Assembly: GCA_964594835.1 (NCBI GenBank)
Contig: CAZQNA010000001.1
Span: 160,001 to 224,000, forward strand
DNA: 64,000 nt
DNA from: an uncultured Nitrososphaerota archaeon
GTDB taxonomy: Archaea; Korarchaeota; Korarchaeia; Korarchaeales; Korarchaeaceae
Reading direction: 5' to 3'
This document shows positions 1 to 8,494 of the stretch, in pieces. Each line of letters starts with the position of its first letter. The first letter of the stretch is position 1. The translations under genes were made by a program, and so were the position numbers. The notes under the pieces were generated by a model that was given only the letters and a program-made list of their open reading frames with translations, made no database searches and was not told where the DNA came from.

Positions 1-192
1 CGTTCTGGCCCCTCTTCCGGCGGCTGCAACGCTCTCTAAGGCATCGTGAAGCTGAAGGGCAATGTTTCTTGCCTGAACAAAACTCGCCTCCCTCTGTCTC
101 TCCTCAATCATCGGAAAGAAGAGAGTGTACGCCACCAGGATTATTGTCAAGCCGAGAAGAATCCCCACAGCGGTCTCTATTGAGGCCTCCAC
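1..192 (-). CDS. Pilin-like (minor pilin) protein, N-terminal part, truncated by window edge
   Basis: Not in the ORF track. GTG at 192 opens a frame open to position 1: (M)EASIETAVGILLGLTIILVAYTLFFPMIEERQREASFVQARNIALQLHDALESVAAAGRGART. It has an xxSIE motif followed by a hydrophobic helix and lies in the pilin cluster. Confidence 0.6.
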   Translation of the reverse strand, partial: MEASIETAVGILLGLTIILVAYTLFFPMIEERQREASFVQARNIALQLHDALESVAAAGRGART

Positions 193-299
193 CGCCGATC
201 ATTCTTTGGTCCTGCGGGGAGTAGTTATAATGGCTGCGATCTTGGGCGATTCGCGGCCACCCAAGGTGGGTGGAGGCCTCGCCTTTGAGTAATCTTTTA

Positions 300-327
300 G
301 GGGAAAAAGGAAAAGGTAAGGAAAAGT
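300..327 (-). terminator. Pyrimidine/oligo-T tract downstream of pilin gene
   Basis: Plus-strand GGAAAAAGGAAAAGGTAAGGAAAAG reads as T-rich tracts on the minus strand, about 30 nt after the stop at 357. Confidence 0.5.
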
Positions 328-356
328 GAGGGGACAATCTTAGAGAGGCCTAGGAT

Positions 357-821
357 CTAGGGCCTGTATATATACTCGGCCCTCGTTCCCTCTGGGCCGT
401 ACACGATTACAGTAAAGGTATCGGTCTGGCTCGCATCTGAAGGCCAGCTGGATACCTGCAGGACTACCGTCTCTCCTGGATCAAAGTTGTCGTCACCATT
501 TCCTGAGTGTTCTTGAGCAGTGGCAGAGGTCGTGTTCTCACCAGACTTGGTCTTGAAGGTCACAGTCCACCCGGTCGCGTTCGTGCCAACAGCACTCGTT
601 AGGGTGTTCGGGCCCTGATTCTTTACGTAGATCTGGTGACCGCTGGTATCGACGCTGATGATCTCCAGCGTGGTGGTTCCACCCACGAGCTGGGTCCTCC
701 CAAGGGCGCTGAAGATGAAGCTGCCCACGGGAGAGAATATCAGCAGCGCGAGGGCCACCGCCAGGACGAGCAGTATGACTTCTACAGCCACCCTTGATAT
801 GCCTGCCCTCAAGGGTTTCAC
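357..821 (-). CDS. Archaeal type IV pilin (probable major pilin)
   Basis: Class III signal peptide MKPLRAG|ISRVAVEVILLVLAVALALLIF, beta-rich C-domain (YVKNQGP...FDPGETVVL) and N-glycosylation sequons NAT and NTT. Confidence 0.85.
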   Translation of the reverse strand: MKPLRAGISRVAVEVILLVLAVALALLIFSPVGSFIFSALGRTQLVGGTTTLEIISVDTSGHQIYVKNQGPNTLTSAVGTNATGWTVTFKTKSGENTTSATAQEHSGNGDDNFDPGETVVLQVSSWPSDASQTDTFTVIVYGPEGTRAEYIYRP

Positions 822-1097
822 CCAGTAGGATGAGTTCGCGCAAGCTCAAATAAAAACTTCCCCGGGGTTTGACGGGTTAAGTCAGCCTGAGATTTCTCCC
901 TCAAGCCATTTACAGGAAATTCTTCCGGAGGGTTCGATGAATCATCCACCTCTGCCGCCCTGCTCTGCGTTAAAATGGCGGCGCTTGAAAGCCCCAAGCA
1001 GCATAGGCTTTGTCAAAAAGAGGGCAAGCAAACGCAGTTTACATCACAGAGCTGCGCGTCCTTCACCCTCTCCGCCGAGAAAAATGGTTGGGGGAGT

Positions 1098-2147
1098 CTA
1101 GGACCACTCCCTCTCTCCTACTCTGACGTAGGTCGCCTTGCCCTGCGCCAGGAGGGCCCCTCCCTGCGCAGGGTGTCCCGCCATTCCTATGAATCCCCTC
1201 GCTATCCCGTCGATCTCGATCTCCAGCCTGATCCTCCCGAACTTGAAGTCCTTCCAGTCCTCGACCTCCACGTAGAGGACTCCCCTCTTGATGTAGTAGT
1301 AGAGGCTGAGGTCTGCGTTAACGGTTCCATCTTCGGCCTCCGCGGCCAGCAGGATGAGGCTCGGGCCGTGGACCACCTCGTTCCCGTTGACCTTTATGGA
1401 GGTGACCTCGACCGGCTTGCCGGCCTGGCCCACTATGACCCAGCAGTCCCTCACCTCCACCAGCGAGGCCCCTATGTTCTGGCCGATGTTCACCTCCACG
1501 GAGGCCCCCGCGGGTATCTGGTAGATCGGATCGCCGCTGGGCGCCGAGAGTATCCAGGCGAAGTCGGCGGCCACGAAGGATATGGTTCCGCTGAGTTCGA
1601 ACTGGGATCTCCCCGCACCGGCTACCAGGAAGTCGTAGTAGTTAACCTGCGGCGGATTCGTATCGTTTCCGCCTCCTCCACCTCCGCCGCCTCCTCCACC
1701 TCCGCCGCCTCCTCCACCTCCGCCGCCTCCTCCACCGCTCTCATTTCCACCTCCGCCGCCTCCTCCACCGCCTGAGGTCACGTTGACCTCAATTATGTAC
1801 GGGACCTTTCCGAGGGCCGTGTTGTTCCCGTGGACCATGAAGTAGGTGATCTCGCCAGTGGAGTCGTCGACGGAGAACAAGACCGTGACTCCCCTATCCT
1901 CCGCCTCCTGAGAGTAGGAGTTGAGCCTCTCCCTCACGAAGTCGGCCCTCTGGTCGGAGGGCAGGGTCTGGGCCTCGGCCACGACCCCTGCCACGTAGTC
2001 TCTGAGGTCGTAGAACTCGTCGTGGTAGGTCTCGTCGACTACTATGGGATTAGCCGTCATCAGCTCGGCGGAGAGCACCACTATTAAAGCGAGTGCGAAG
2101 GCCACAAGGGCGACGCCTCCGGCCGCCCTCCTCTTGGTGATTCTCAC
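1098..2147 (-). CDS. Pilin-like/adhesin protein with poly-Gly linker
   Basis: Basic leader MRITKRRAAG plus hydrophobic helix, helical domain, G9-NES-G23 linker, then a beta-rich C-terminal domain. Confidence 0.7.
   Translation of the reverse strand: MRITKRRAAGGVALVAFALALIVVLSAELMTANPIVVDETYHDEFYDLRDYVAGVVAEAQTLPSDQRADFVRERLNSYSQEAEDRGVTVLFSVDDSTGEITYFMVHGNNTALGKVPYIIEVNVTSGGGGGGGGGNESGGGGGGGGGGGGGGGGGGGGGGGNDTNPPQVNYYDFLVAGAGRSQFELSGTISFVAADFAWILSAPSGDPIYQIPAGASVEVNIGQNIGASLVEVRDCWVIVGQAGKPVEVTSIKVNGNEVVHGPSLILLAAEAEDGTVNADLSLYYYIKRGVLYVEVEDWKDFKFGRIRLEIEIDGIARGFIGMAGHPAQGGALLAQGKATYVRVGEREWS
1668..1773. repeat. 18-bp tandem repeat (CCTCCGCCGCCTCCTCCA)n encoding poly-glycine
   Basis: About 4 consecutive copies plus about 1.5 copies after a 9-nt interruption, read directly from the sequence. 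Confidence 0.9.
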
Positions 2148-2285
2148 GGCTTATCCCCGCTAATAGGGGGCCACTCCCCAATAATAAAACATTTCCCCCA
2201 GGCGGCCCCGTTAAATACCCTTCATTTTATGTCCGAGGGGCGCGAAGGTCAATTCTGCTCGCCCCCAAGGCCCGGAGGGGTTCAC

Positions 2286-2789
2286 TCAAGGCGAGTAACC
2301 GGCCCTCGCCCTGGTTGAGTAGGGCCCGTAGACGGCCACGTCGTGGGGCTCCCCCAGGTCCACGGTCGTCCCTAGGGCCAGCCTAAACACCTGGCCGACG
2401 GCTATCTCGTCGGAGCTCGAGAACGCAACCCCGTTGAGGTCCTCTATACTCGTCACCGACACGACGGAGCCGTCTATGACGACCGTCCAGACGTCGGTCC
2501 CCTCGACGGGCAGGGGGTCTGGCCCCAGGTTCCTCAGAAAGACGTAGGTAGTCCCGCCTGAGTTGTTCAGGCCCGGCGGGACGATCTCTATGTTCGAACG
2601 GGGGGTCCGGCTCTCAGCCAGACCTACGAAATGCAGCAGGGCGCCCCTGGTGAGCACGAAGACCATCCCCGCCGCAGCGACCCCCAGGACAAGGAGTACG
2701 GCGGTGATGGCCACCCTGGAGATGCCAGCCCTGGTCCTCAGCTTCGACCCCCCTCGGATCTCCCTCGCGGACGAGAAGCGCCCCTCCAC
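2286..2789 (-). CDS. Archaeal type IV pilin (paralogue of 357..821)
   Basis: KLRTRAG|ISRVAITAVLLVLGVAAAG class III signal. FLRNLGP and VYGPxxTRA motifs are shared with the first pilin. Start uncertain. Confidence 0.8.
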   Translation of the reverse strand: MEGRFSSAREIRGGSKLRTRAGISRVAITAVLLVLGVAAAGMVFVLTRGALLHFVGLAESRTPRSNIEIVPPGLNNSGGTTYVFLRNLGPDPLPVEGTDVWTVVIDGSVVSVTSIEDLNGVAFSSSDEIAVGQVFRLALGTTVDLGEPHDVAVYGPYSTRARAGYSP

Positions 2790-2820
2790 GTTAAAAATGT
2801 GATACGTCGGCGGGCCTCAC

Positions 2821-3510
2821 GTGCCGACCTGCGCGCTCAACTCAGCCGTCTTGATCGCCACCCTGGCCGCGGCGGCCGCGCAGGACGTCAGGCGACGGCT
2901 GGTGGACGACTGGACCTGGCTGGGAGGGGTGGCCGCCGGCCTCCCGGCCCTGGCCTACTCGCTCTGGAAGTGCGGACTCCCCCAGAACCTGGGCCAGCAG
3001 GTCGCCGCGGGCGCTATCTTGGCGGTCATCCTGGTCGCCTCTTGGAGGCTGAGGCTCATGGGGGAGGCCGACATCCTGGCCTACGCCTCAGTCGAGCTGA
3101 TACACCCCGTGGGACCCGGTTACCTCCCCCCCTCGTTCTCGACGTTCCTCTACTCCAAGGCCCTCCTCCTCTTCGCCCCTCCTGTTCAGCTGGCGGTGAA
3201 CCTCGTGAGGGTCGCCAGAGATCCCTCCCTCCTGGAGGGGTTTGACGAGCCGGTCTGGAGGATTCTCCTCGCGCTTGCCCTCCTCACCCCTCGGCCCGGC
3301 CTTGGGGCGGTCCCGGCGGAGGAGCTCAGGCCCGGCGTGAGGAGGTTTAGGCTGTCCAGGGTTCTGGCCCCGGTCGAGGCGAAGGAGCCGGAGGGGGGGC
3401 CTTGCAGGTGGTACGTCCCGGCGTACCCCCTGCTCCCCCTGATAGCCGCCGGGTACCTCGTCTACCTGGTCGCAGGCGACCCGCTCGCGCTGGTGGCCGG
3501 GGCGCTCTGA
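2821..3510 (+). CDS. Prepilin/preflagellin peptidase (A24, PibD/FlaK-like)
   Basis: Multi-TM protein with QDVRRRLVDD (first Asp) and MGEAD (GxGD-like second Asp). Divergent from the pilin genes. Confidence 0.8.
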   Translation: MPTCALNSAVLIATLAAAAAQDVRRRLVDDWTWLGGVAAGLPALAYSLWKCGLPQNLGQQVAAGAILAVILVASWRLRLMGEADILAYASVELIHPVGPGYLPPSFSTFLYSKALLLFAPPVQLAVNLVRVARDPSLLEGFDEPVWRILLALALLTPRPGLGAVPAEELRPGVRRFRLSRVLAPVEAKEPEGGPCRWYVPAYPLLPLIAAGYLVYLVAGDPLALVAGAL

Positions 3511-3561
3511 CTCAAGCGTTATAAGCGGAGTCCCACGAGGGCGGTGCGAAGGTGATACCGC

Positions 3562-3825
3562 CTGGAGTACAGACTGCGGGAGGGCGCCTACGTCGAGGGG
3601 AGCTTCCTGGTGGACGAGGAGAGCGGGAACATCTACGAGCTGAACGATGAGGCGGCGGTGGTCCTTAGCCTCATCTCCGGGGAGTGGCTCTCTCCGGAGG
3701 GGATAGTCGAGCTGCTCTCGAGTGAGTGGGAGTTCGACGGTGAGGAGCAGGCAGCCAGGGATATAGAGGCGTTTCTAGAGAGCCTCTGCAGGGAGGGCGT
3801 GGTCCTCAAGAGGGAGCCCGCGTGA
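3562..3825 (+). CDS. PqqD-family / RiPP recognition element (RRE) protein
   Basis: SGNIYELNDEAAVVLSLISG...IVELLSSEW...AARDIEAFLESLCREGVV fits the PqqD pattern. The frame extends to a CTG at 3562 preceded by an AGGTGA RBS, with TTATAA at about 3519. Confidence 0.75.
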   Translation: MEYRLREGAYVEGSFLVDEESGNIYELNDEAAVVLSLISGEWLSPEGIVELLSSEWEFDGEEQAARDIEAFLESLCREGVVLKREPA

Positions 3826-3868
3826 GCCCGGGTCGACCTGAGAGTCGGGCGGGGCGAGGTGAGGGGGT

Positions 3869-4708
3869 TTGTCCCAGCCTCCCGAGGATGTTCCCAGGCC
3901 CATCCAAGAGCACATCGTTGAGCTCCTGGTGAGGCTCAGGAGGGTCCTGTTCGCCGTAATCGGGGCCTCAATAGCCGTGACGGCGATCCCCTCCTCCCTG
4001 ATACTCGGGGGGAATCCGGGGGGCGGGGGGTACACGCCCCTGGTGCTGAGCATATTCTTCTACATGAGGGATCACCTCCTCGAGTCCACCAACCGGTTTG
4101 CCAACAGGTTCGGGGCCCTCCTCGGATCTCAGGAGGTCAACATCAAGCTGATAGCGTACGGATGGCTCGACGGGATAGAGGTGATGATCTACCTCGCCAT
4201 CCTGCTCGGGCTCCTGATCACCTCCCCCTACGTGGGCTACGAGATCTACGCCTACCTCAGGCCCGCCCTCTTCCCGAAGGAGAAGAAGCTCCTGGTGGGG
4301 TTCTCTCTTGCCTTCGCCGTCCTGTTCCTGATGGGCGCCTTCTACGCTTACTACCTCATTGTCCCCGCCACCTTCGCCATCCTGGCCTGGATCAACCTGG
4401 GATCGGGAGTGGAGCTCACGTTCTCCGTCAAGCAGTTCTTCAACTTCGTCCTCCTCGGCATGGTCTCCTCCGGGCTATTCTTCACCTTCCCCCTGGCCGT
4501 CGCCCTGGCGGCGAAGATGGGGTTCATAAGGTCTGAGACTCTCAGGAGGAAGTGGAGGATGGTGTTCTTCATCATCTCAGCGGTCGCGGCGATAATAACG
4601 CCGGACCCGACCCCGGTGAGCATGATCATGCTGACCGTTCCATTCTTCCTCCTCTACGGCTTGGCCACGCTGCTGGCGGCCAGGCTGGAGCCTAAGAGGA
4701 CCCCGTGA
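3869..4708 (+). CDS. tatC: Twin-arginine translocase subunit TatC
   Basis: EHIVELLVRL, YLRPALFPKE and AIITPDPTPVSM motifs, about 6 TM helices. Confidence 0.92.
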   Translation: MSQPPEDVPRPIQEHIVELLVRLRRVLFAVIGASIAVTAIPSSLILGGNPGGGGYTPLVLSIFFYMRDHLLESTNRFANRFGALLGSQEVNIKLIAYGWLDGIEVMIYLAILLGLLITSPYVGYEIYAYLRPALFPKEKKLLVGFSLAFAVLFLMGAFYAYYLIVPATFAILAWINLGSGVELTFSVKQFFNFVLLGMVSSGLFFTFPLAVALAAKMGFIRSETLRRKWRMVFFIISAVAAIITPDPTPVSMIMLTVPFFLLYGLATLLAARLEPKRTP

Positions 4709-4982
4709 TCATCTTCCTGACGATCTCCTCCAGCTCCTCGTCGGTCCTGCCCTCCGTGTCTATCCCCAAATCTCTCGCCAGGTCCCTGACGGTCTTCGCT
4801 CCCCCCGCGGAGGGGACCCGGACCCCCTGGGCGGGAGGGGGGGACCTCCCCTGAGAGGCCTCTCTGAACTCCCTCAGAGCCTCCCCAAGGCTCCTCCCGA
4901 GCTCCGGGAGCTTGCCCGGGCCGAAAAGAATCAGGGCGAGTATCATCAGCAGGAGAATCTCCGAGGGGCCCAAGTCGATCAA
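4692..4982 (-). CDS. tatA: Twin-arginine translocase subunit TatA/E
   Basis: LGPSEILLLMILALILFGPGKLPELGRSLGEALREFREA. Start re-assigned to TTG 4982 after a GGGAGG RBS. Confidence 0.9.
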   Translation of the reverse strand: MIDLGPSEILLLMILALILFGPGKLPELGRSLGEALREFREASQGRSPPPAQGVRVPSAGGAKTVRDLARDLGIDTEGRTDEELEEIVRKMITGSS

Positions 4983-5103
4983 CGCGATCAGCCCTCCCCT
5001 ACCCCGGGCCGCGTTCGGCCACCGAGTCAGGCACCGACCCCGGCGCACGTTTAAATTTCATCCGAAGCTTGGGAGCCCAACGAACCGAGGAAGTGCGAAC
5101 GAG

Positions 5104-5544
5104 ATGGAGAAGAAGATATCCGATCTCAGGCCCGGGGAGGACGGCGTGGACGTCAAGGGCCGGGTCCTGGAGGTCGGCGAGACGAGAGATGTTGAGACCA
5201 GGTCTGGTTTTAGAACCTTGTCCGAGGCCGTCATCGGCGACGAGACCGGCCGGATAAAGCTCACCCTGTGGGGGGAGCACGCCGGGTCGGTCTCCGAGGG
5301 CCAGGTGATCGAGGTCCAGAACGGCTTCACGACAGCCTTCAGGGGCAAGGTTCAGTTGAACGTCGGGCAGAGGGGCTCGATCAGGGTCCTAGAGGACTCC
5401 GAGGTCGTGCCCGCGGATCAGATCCCGGAGGAGTCCCCCGACGCTCCAGAGGGCTGGCGCCCGAGGAGGAGAGGGGGCAGGGGCTACGGCAGGAGCGGAG
5501 GCTACTATCAGGGCGGAAGCTCCTACCGGAGGCCTCGCTGGTAG
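5104..5544 (+). CDS. ssb: Single-stranded DNA-binding protein, single OB fold (crenarchaeal type)
   Basis: MEKKISDLRPG...GDETGRIKLTLWG...FRGKVQLNVG with an Arg/Gly-rich tail. ATG at 5104. Confidence 0.9.
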   Translation: MEKKISDLRPGEDGVDVKGRVLEVGETRDVETRSGFRTLSEAVIGDETGRIKLTLWGEHAGSVSEGQVIEVQNGFTTAFRGKVQLNVGQRGSIRVLEDSEVVPADQIPEESPDAPEGWRPRRRGGRGYGRSGGYYQGGSSYRRPRW

Positions 5545-5546
5545 GC

Positions 5547-5573
5547 GGGGCCGGGGCCCCCTTCAACTTTTTT
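5547..5573 (+). terminator. GC-rich segment plus T6 after ssb
   Basis: GGGGCCGGGGCCCCCTTCAACTTTTTT immediately after the stop. Confidence 0.55.
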
Positions 5574-5682
5574 GGAGGATTGGCGATCCACGCGGGCCCG
5601 CGGCCCGAGGGAGGCCGAACGGCGGCGCGTTGCCCCATAGATAGGGTTTAAATTATTAACAGTATAGTTGGCCGCCTGACGG

Positions 5683-6996
5683 GTGTCAGTTTTGGCTGGC
5701 GAAGAGCTGCCGGTAGCCTTCGATTTCGCCACCTGGACCCGCCTGATACCTGAGTCCGAGATAAGGAGGCTCCTCAGGGTCAAGGTCCGCTACTACTTTG
5801 CCGGAGGCAAGCCGGGGGTCCTCCCGACGGGGGTGTTCCCGCGGCTGCTGGTCGAGCTGGGCTTGGAGGAGATGGACCTCCTGCTGCGCGGCCAGCACAA
5901 GGAGATAATAGAGCACTTCAACTACGGCCCCTCAGAGGGACTGCCGGAGCTGAGGGAGCTCCTGGCGAGGAAGATGCTGAGGGCCAGGGACGGCCTGGAG
6001 ATAGACCCCGAGGAGGGGTGGAGGGAGGTCATCATAACAACGGGATCTCAGCAGGCCCTGTACGCGATCTTGGACTCTCTGATCGATCCGGGCGATGTCA
6101 TCATCACGCAGAGACCCGCCTACCTCGGGTTCGTGAACGTGGCGGCGAAGTTCCAGGCCAGGATAGTCACCGTGCCCGCCGACGCGGACGGGCTCGTCCC
6201 CGAGTACGTGGAGTCCGCCATAAGGCTGGCCGAGAGGGAGCTAGGGTCAAAGCCCAAGCTCATCTACCTCGTCCCCGACTCCGACAACCCGACCGGCACG
6301 ACCATGCCGGAGGCGCGGAGGAGGGAGTTCTTCGACATGGCGGCGAGCATAGGGACCTTCATACTCGAGGACGCCGCCTACAGGGAGATACAGTTCAGGG
6401 GGGAGCCCAACAGGCCCATAAAGTACTTCGACAGGGACAACGAGTACGTCATCTACCAGAGGAGCACCAGCAAGGAGGTTGCGGTGTTCAGGATCGGGTA
6501 CAGCTACATGCCCCCCAAGCTGAGGGAGCAGGTGGTCAAGGCGAAGGGCTACATGGACCTCTGCACCCCCACGCTCATGCAGAAGCTGGCGCTCATGTAC
6601 TACGAGAAGTACTTCGACGAGCACATCCTGAAGGTGAGGGATGGGTACAGGGAGAGGTGCGTGGCCATGGAGGAGTCCATGGACGAGAGCTTCCCGCCCG
6701 GCCACAGGACCACCCCGACCGGCGGGTTCTTCATCTGGTGGTCCTCCGACGAGAGAGACTTCGACTCCGACTGGTTCCTCAACGAGGTTGCCCTCAAGAA
6801 CGACCTCTCCTACGTTCCCGGCTCAGCCTTCTACCCGCCCTTCGGCTACTCCTACGAGCCTGAGACCAACCGCCTGGAGACTCTTAGGCCTAGGAAGCAC
6901 GGGATGAGGCTGGGCTACAGCTACCTGACGCCGGAGGAGATAAGGCAGGGGATCACTAAGCTGGGCAGGCTGCTGGCGTCTCACCTCTCGGGGTGA
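5683..6996 (+). CDS. PLP-dependent class I/II aminotransferase (LysN/Aro8-like)
   Basis: YGPSEGLPELRE, ITTGSQQAL, NPTG, ILEDAAY and STSK (PLP lysine) motifs. Confidence 0.9.
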   Translation: MSVLAGEELPVAFDFATWTRLIPESEIRRLLRVKVRYYFAGGKPGVLPTGVFPRLLVELGLEEMDLLLRGQHKEIIEHFNYGPSEGLPELRELLARKMLRARDGLEIDPEEGWREVIITTGSQQALYAILDSLIDPGDVIITQRPAYLGFVNVAAKFQARIVTVPADADGLVPEYVESAIRLAERELGSKPKLIYLVPDSDNPTGTTMPEARRREFFDMAASIGTFILEDAAYREIQFRGEPNRPIKYFDRDNEYVIYQRSTSKEVAVFRIGYSYMPPKLREQVVKAKGYMDLCTPTLMQKLALMYYEKYFDEHILKVRDGYRERCVAMEESMDESFPPGHRTTPTGGFFIWWSSDERDFDSDWFLNEVALKNDLSYVPGSAFYPPFGYSYEPETNRLETLRPRKHGMRLGYSYLTPEEIRQGITKLGRLLASHLSG

Positions 6997-7002
6997 GGGC
7001 TC

Positions 7003-7872
7003 CTGCTGGCCGACGCCGTCGAGGAGGGCATCTACAGGGCGATCAGCAGGGCGGCGGTCAGGCTCCCGGAAGACGTGGAGACCGCCCTCAGGGCCGCTCT
7101 CGACAGGGAAACGTCGCCGATGGCCAGGTCAATCCTGGAGGCCATTCTCAGGAACCTGAGGGCGGCGGAGGAGAGGGGCCTGCCCATCTGTCAGGACACC
7201 GGCACCCCCACCTTCTACCTCGAGGTGGGCGAGGACTTCCCGCTCAGGGCCAGCCTCAGGGAGGCCATCCTGTCGGCGGTCAGGAGGGCCACCGAGGAGG
7301 TTCCCCTCCGGCCGAACGCCGTGAACCCCTGGACCAACCGGAACTCCGGCGACAACACCGGGAGGGGCGTCCCCATCATACACTGGGAGGTCGTCGAGGG
7401 GGACGGACTCATGGTGAGGTACCTGGCCAAGGGGGGAGGCAGCGAGAACGTGTCAGCCCTCTACATGCTCAGCCCCTCCAAGGGAGTGGCCGGAATTGAG
7501 AGGGCCGTCATAGACGCCGCGCTCAGGGCCGGCCCGAAGCCCTGCCCCCCGGTGATAGTCGGGGTCGGGGTGGGGGGCGGGGCGGACGCGGCCCTGGCGG
7601 CTGCCAAGAGGGCCACTATGAGACCCGTCGGCGTCAGAAGTTCTGACCAGGAGGCATCCAAGCTGGAGGAGAGGCTGTTGGATGCGATAAACTCGCTCGG
7701 AATGGGCCCGATGGGTCTCGGAGGAAGGACCTACGCCCTGGACGTCCACGTCGAGTGGCTGCACAGGCACCCGGCGAGCCTCCCGGTAGGCGTCTCCATG
7801 ATATGCTGGGCTGCCAGGAGGGCGACCGTCGAGTTCAGGCCGGACGGATCCTACGAGATCCTCGAGCCGTGA
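7003..7872 (+). CDS. Fe-S hydro-lyase (class I fumarate hydratase/tartrate dehydratase) alpha subunit
   Basis: PICQDTG, KGGGSEN, PCPP and GPMGLGG motifs. The frame extends to CTG 7003/7006 (LLADAVEEGIYRAISRAAVRLPEDV) after a GGTGAGG RBS. Confidence 0.9.
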   Translation: MLADAVEEGIYRAISRAAVRLPEDVETALRAALDRETSPMARSILEAILRNLRAAEERGLPICQDTGTPTFYLEVGEDFPLRASLREAILSAVRRATEEVPLRPNAVNPWTNRNSGDNTGRGVPIIHWEVVEGDGLMVRYLAKGGGSENVSALYMLSPSKGVAGIERAVIDAALRAGPKPCPPVIVGVGVGGGADAALAAAKRATMRPVGVRSSDQEASKLEERLLDAINSLGMGPMGLGGRTYALDVHVEWLHRHPASLPVGVSMICWAARRATVEFRPDGSYEILEP

Positions 7873-7888
7873 GAGGAGGGAGTGGGAG

Positions 7889-8479
7889 ATGGTGGAGCAT
7901 CGCCTGAAGACCCCGATATCGGAGGGAGAGGCCCGGAGGCTCAGGGCGGGAGACGTGCTGTACATCTCCGGGATCATAGTCACCGCCAGGGATCAGGCCC
8001 ACAGGAGGGCGCTCGAGCTCGCCCGCAGGGGGGAGGAACTCCCCGTCGACCTCCAGGGCGGCGTGGTGTACCACTGCGGTCCAATAGTCAGGCGAGAGGG
8101 GGAGGAGTGGAGGATCTACGGGTTCGGCCCCACGACCAGCGCCCGCATGGAGGACCTGGAGGCCGAGTTCATCGAGAGGTTCGGCGTCAGGGTCGTGGTG
8201 GGGAAGGGCGGGATGTTCGAGAGGACCACCGAGGCCCTGAGGAGGTTCGGGGCGGTCTACGCCCAGCACCCGGGCGGCGTCAGCGCCCTGGCCGTCTCCA
8301 CGGTTAGGAGGGTGGTTGACGTCCACTGGCTTGACCTCGGCGTCCCCGAGGCCATGTGGGTGGTGGAGGTCGAGGACTTCGGGCCGCTCACGGTCACGAT
8401 AGACTCGACGGGCCGCAACCTCTATCAGGAGGTCCTCGAGGAGGCCAAGAGAAGGGCCGGGCGCCTGACGCTCGGCTGA
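7889..8479 (+). CDS. Fe-S hydro-lyase (class I fumarate hydratase) beta subunit
   Basis: TARDQAH, YHCGP, GPTTSARM and GKGG motifs. Confidence 0.92.
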   Translation: MVEHRLKTPISEGEARRLRAGDVLYISGIIVTARDQAHRRALELARRGEELPVDLQGGVVYHCGPIVRREGEEWRIYGFGPTTSARMEDLEAEFIERFGVRVVVGKGGMFERTTEALRRFGAVYAQHPGGVSALAVSTVRRVVDVHWLDLGVPEAMWVVEVEDFGPLTVTIDSTGRNLYQEVLEEAKRRAGRLTLG

Positions 8480-8494
8480 GGGGGACCCCAGGAG

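Noticed and set aside
822-1097. Non-coding RNA in the AT-richer gap between pilin genes
   Set aside because: No C/D boxes, tRNA-like fold or strong stem recognised. More simply the promoter region of the pilin.
1668-1773. Repeat region as a CRISPR array
   Set aside because: Contiguous coding tandem repeat with no spacers. No cas genes in the window.
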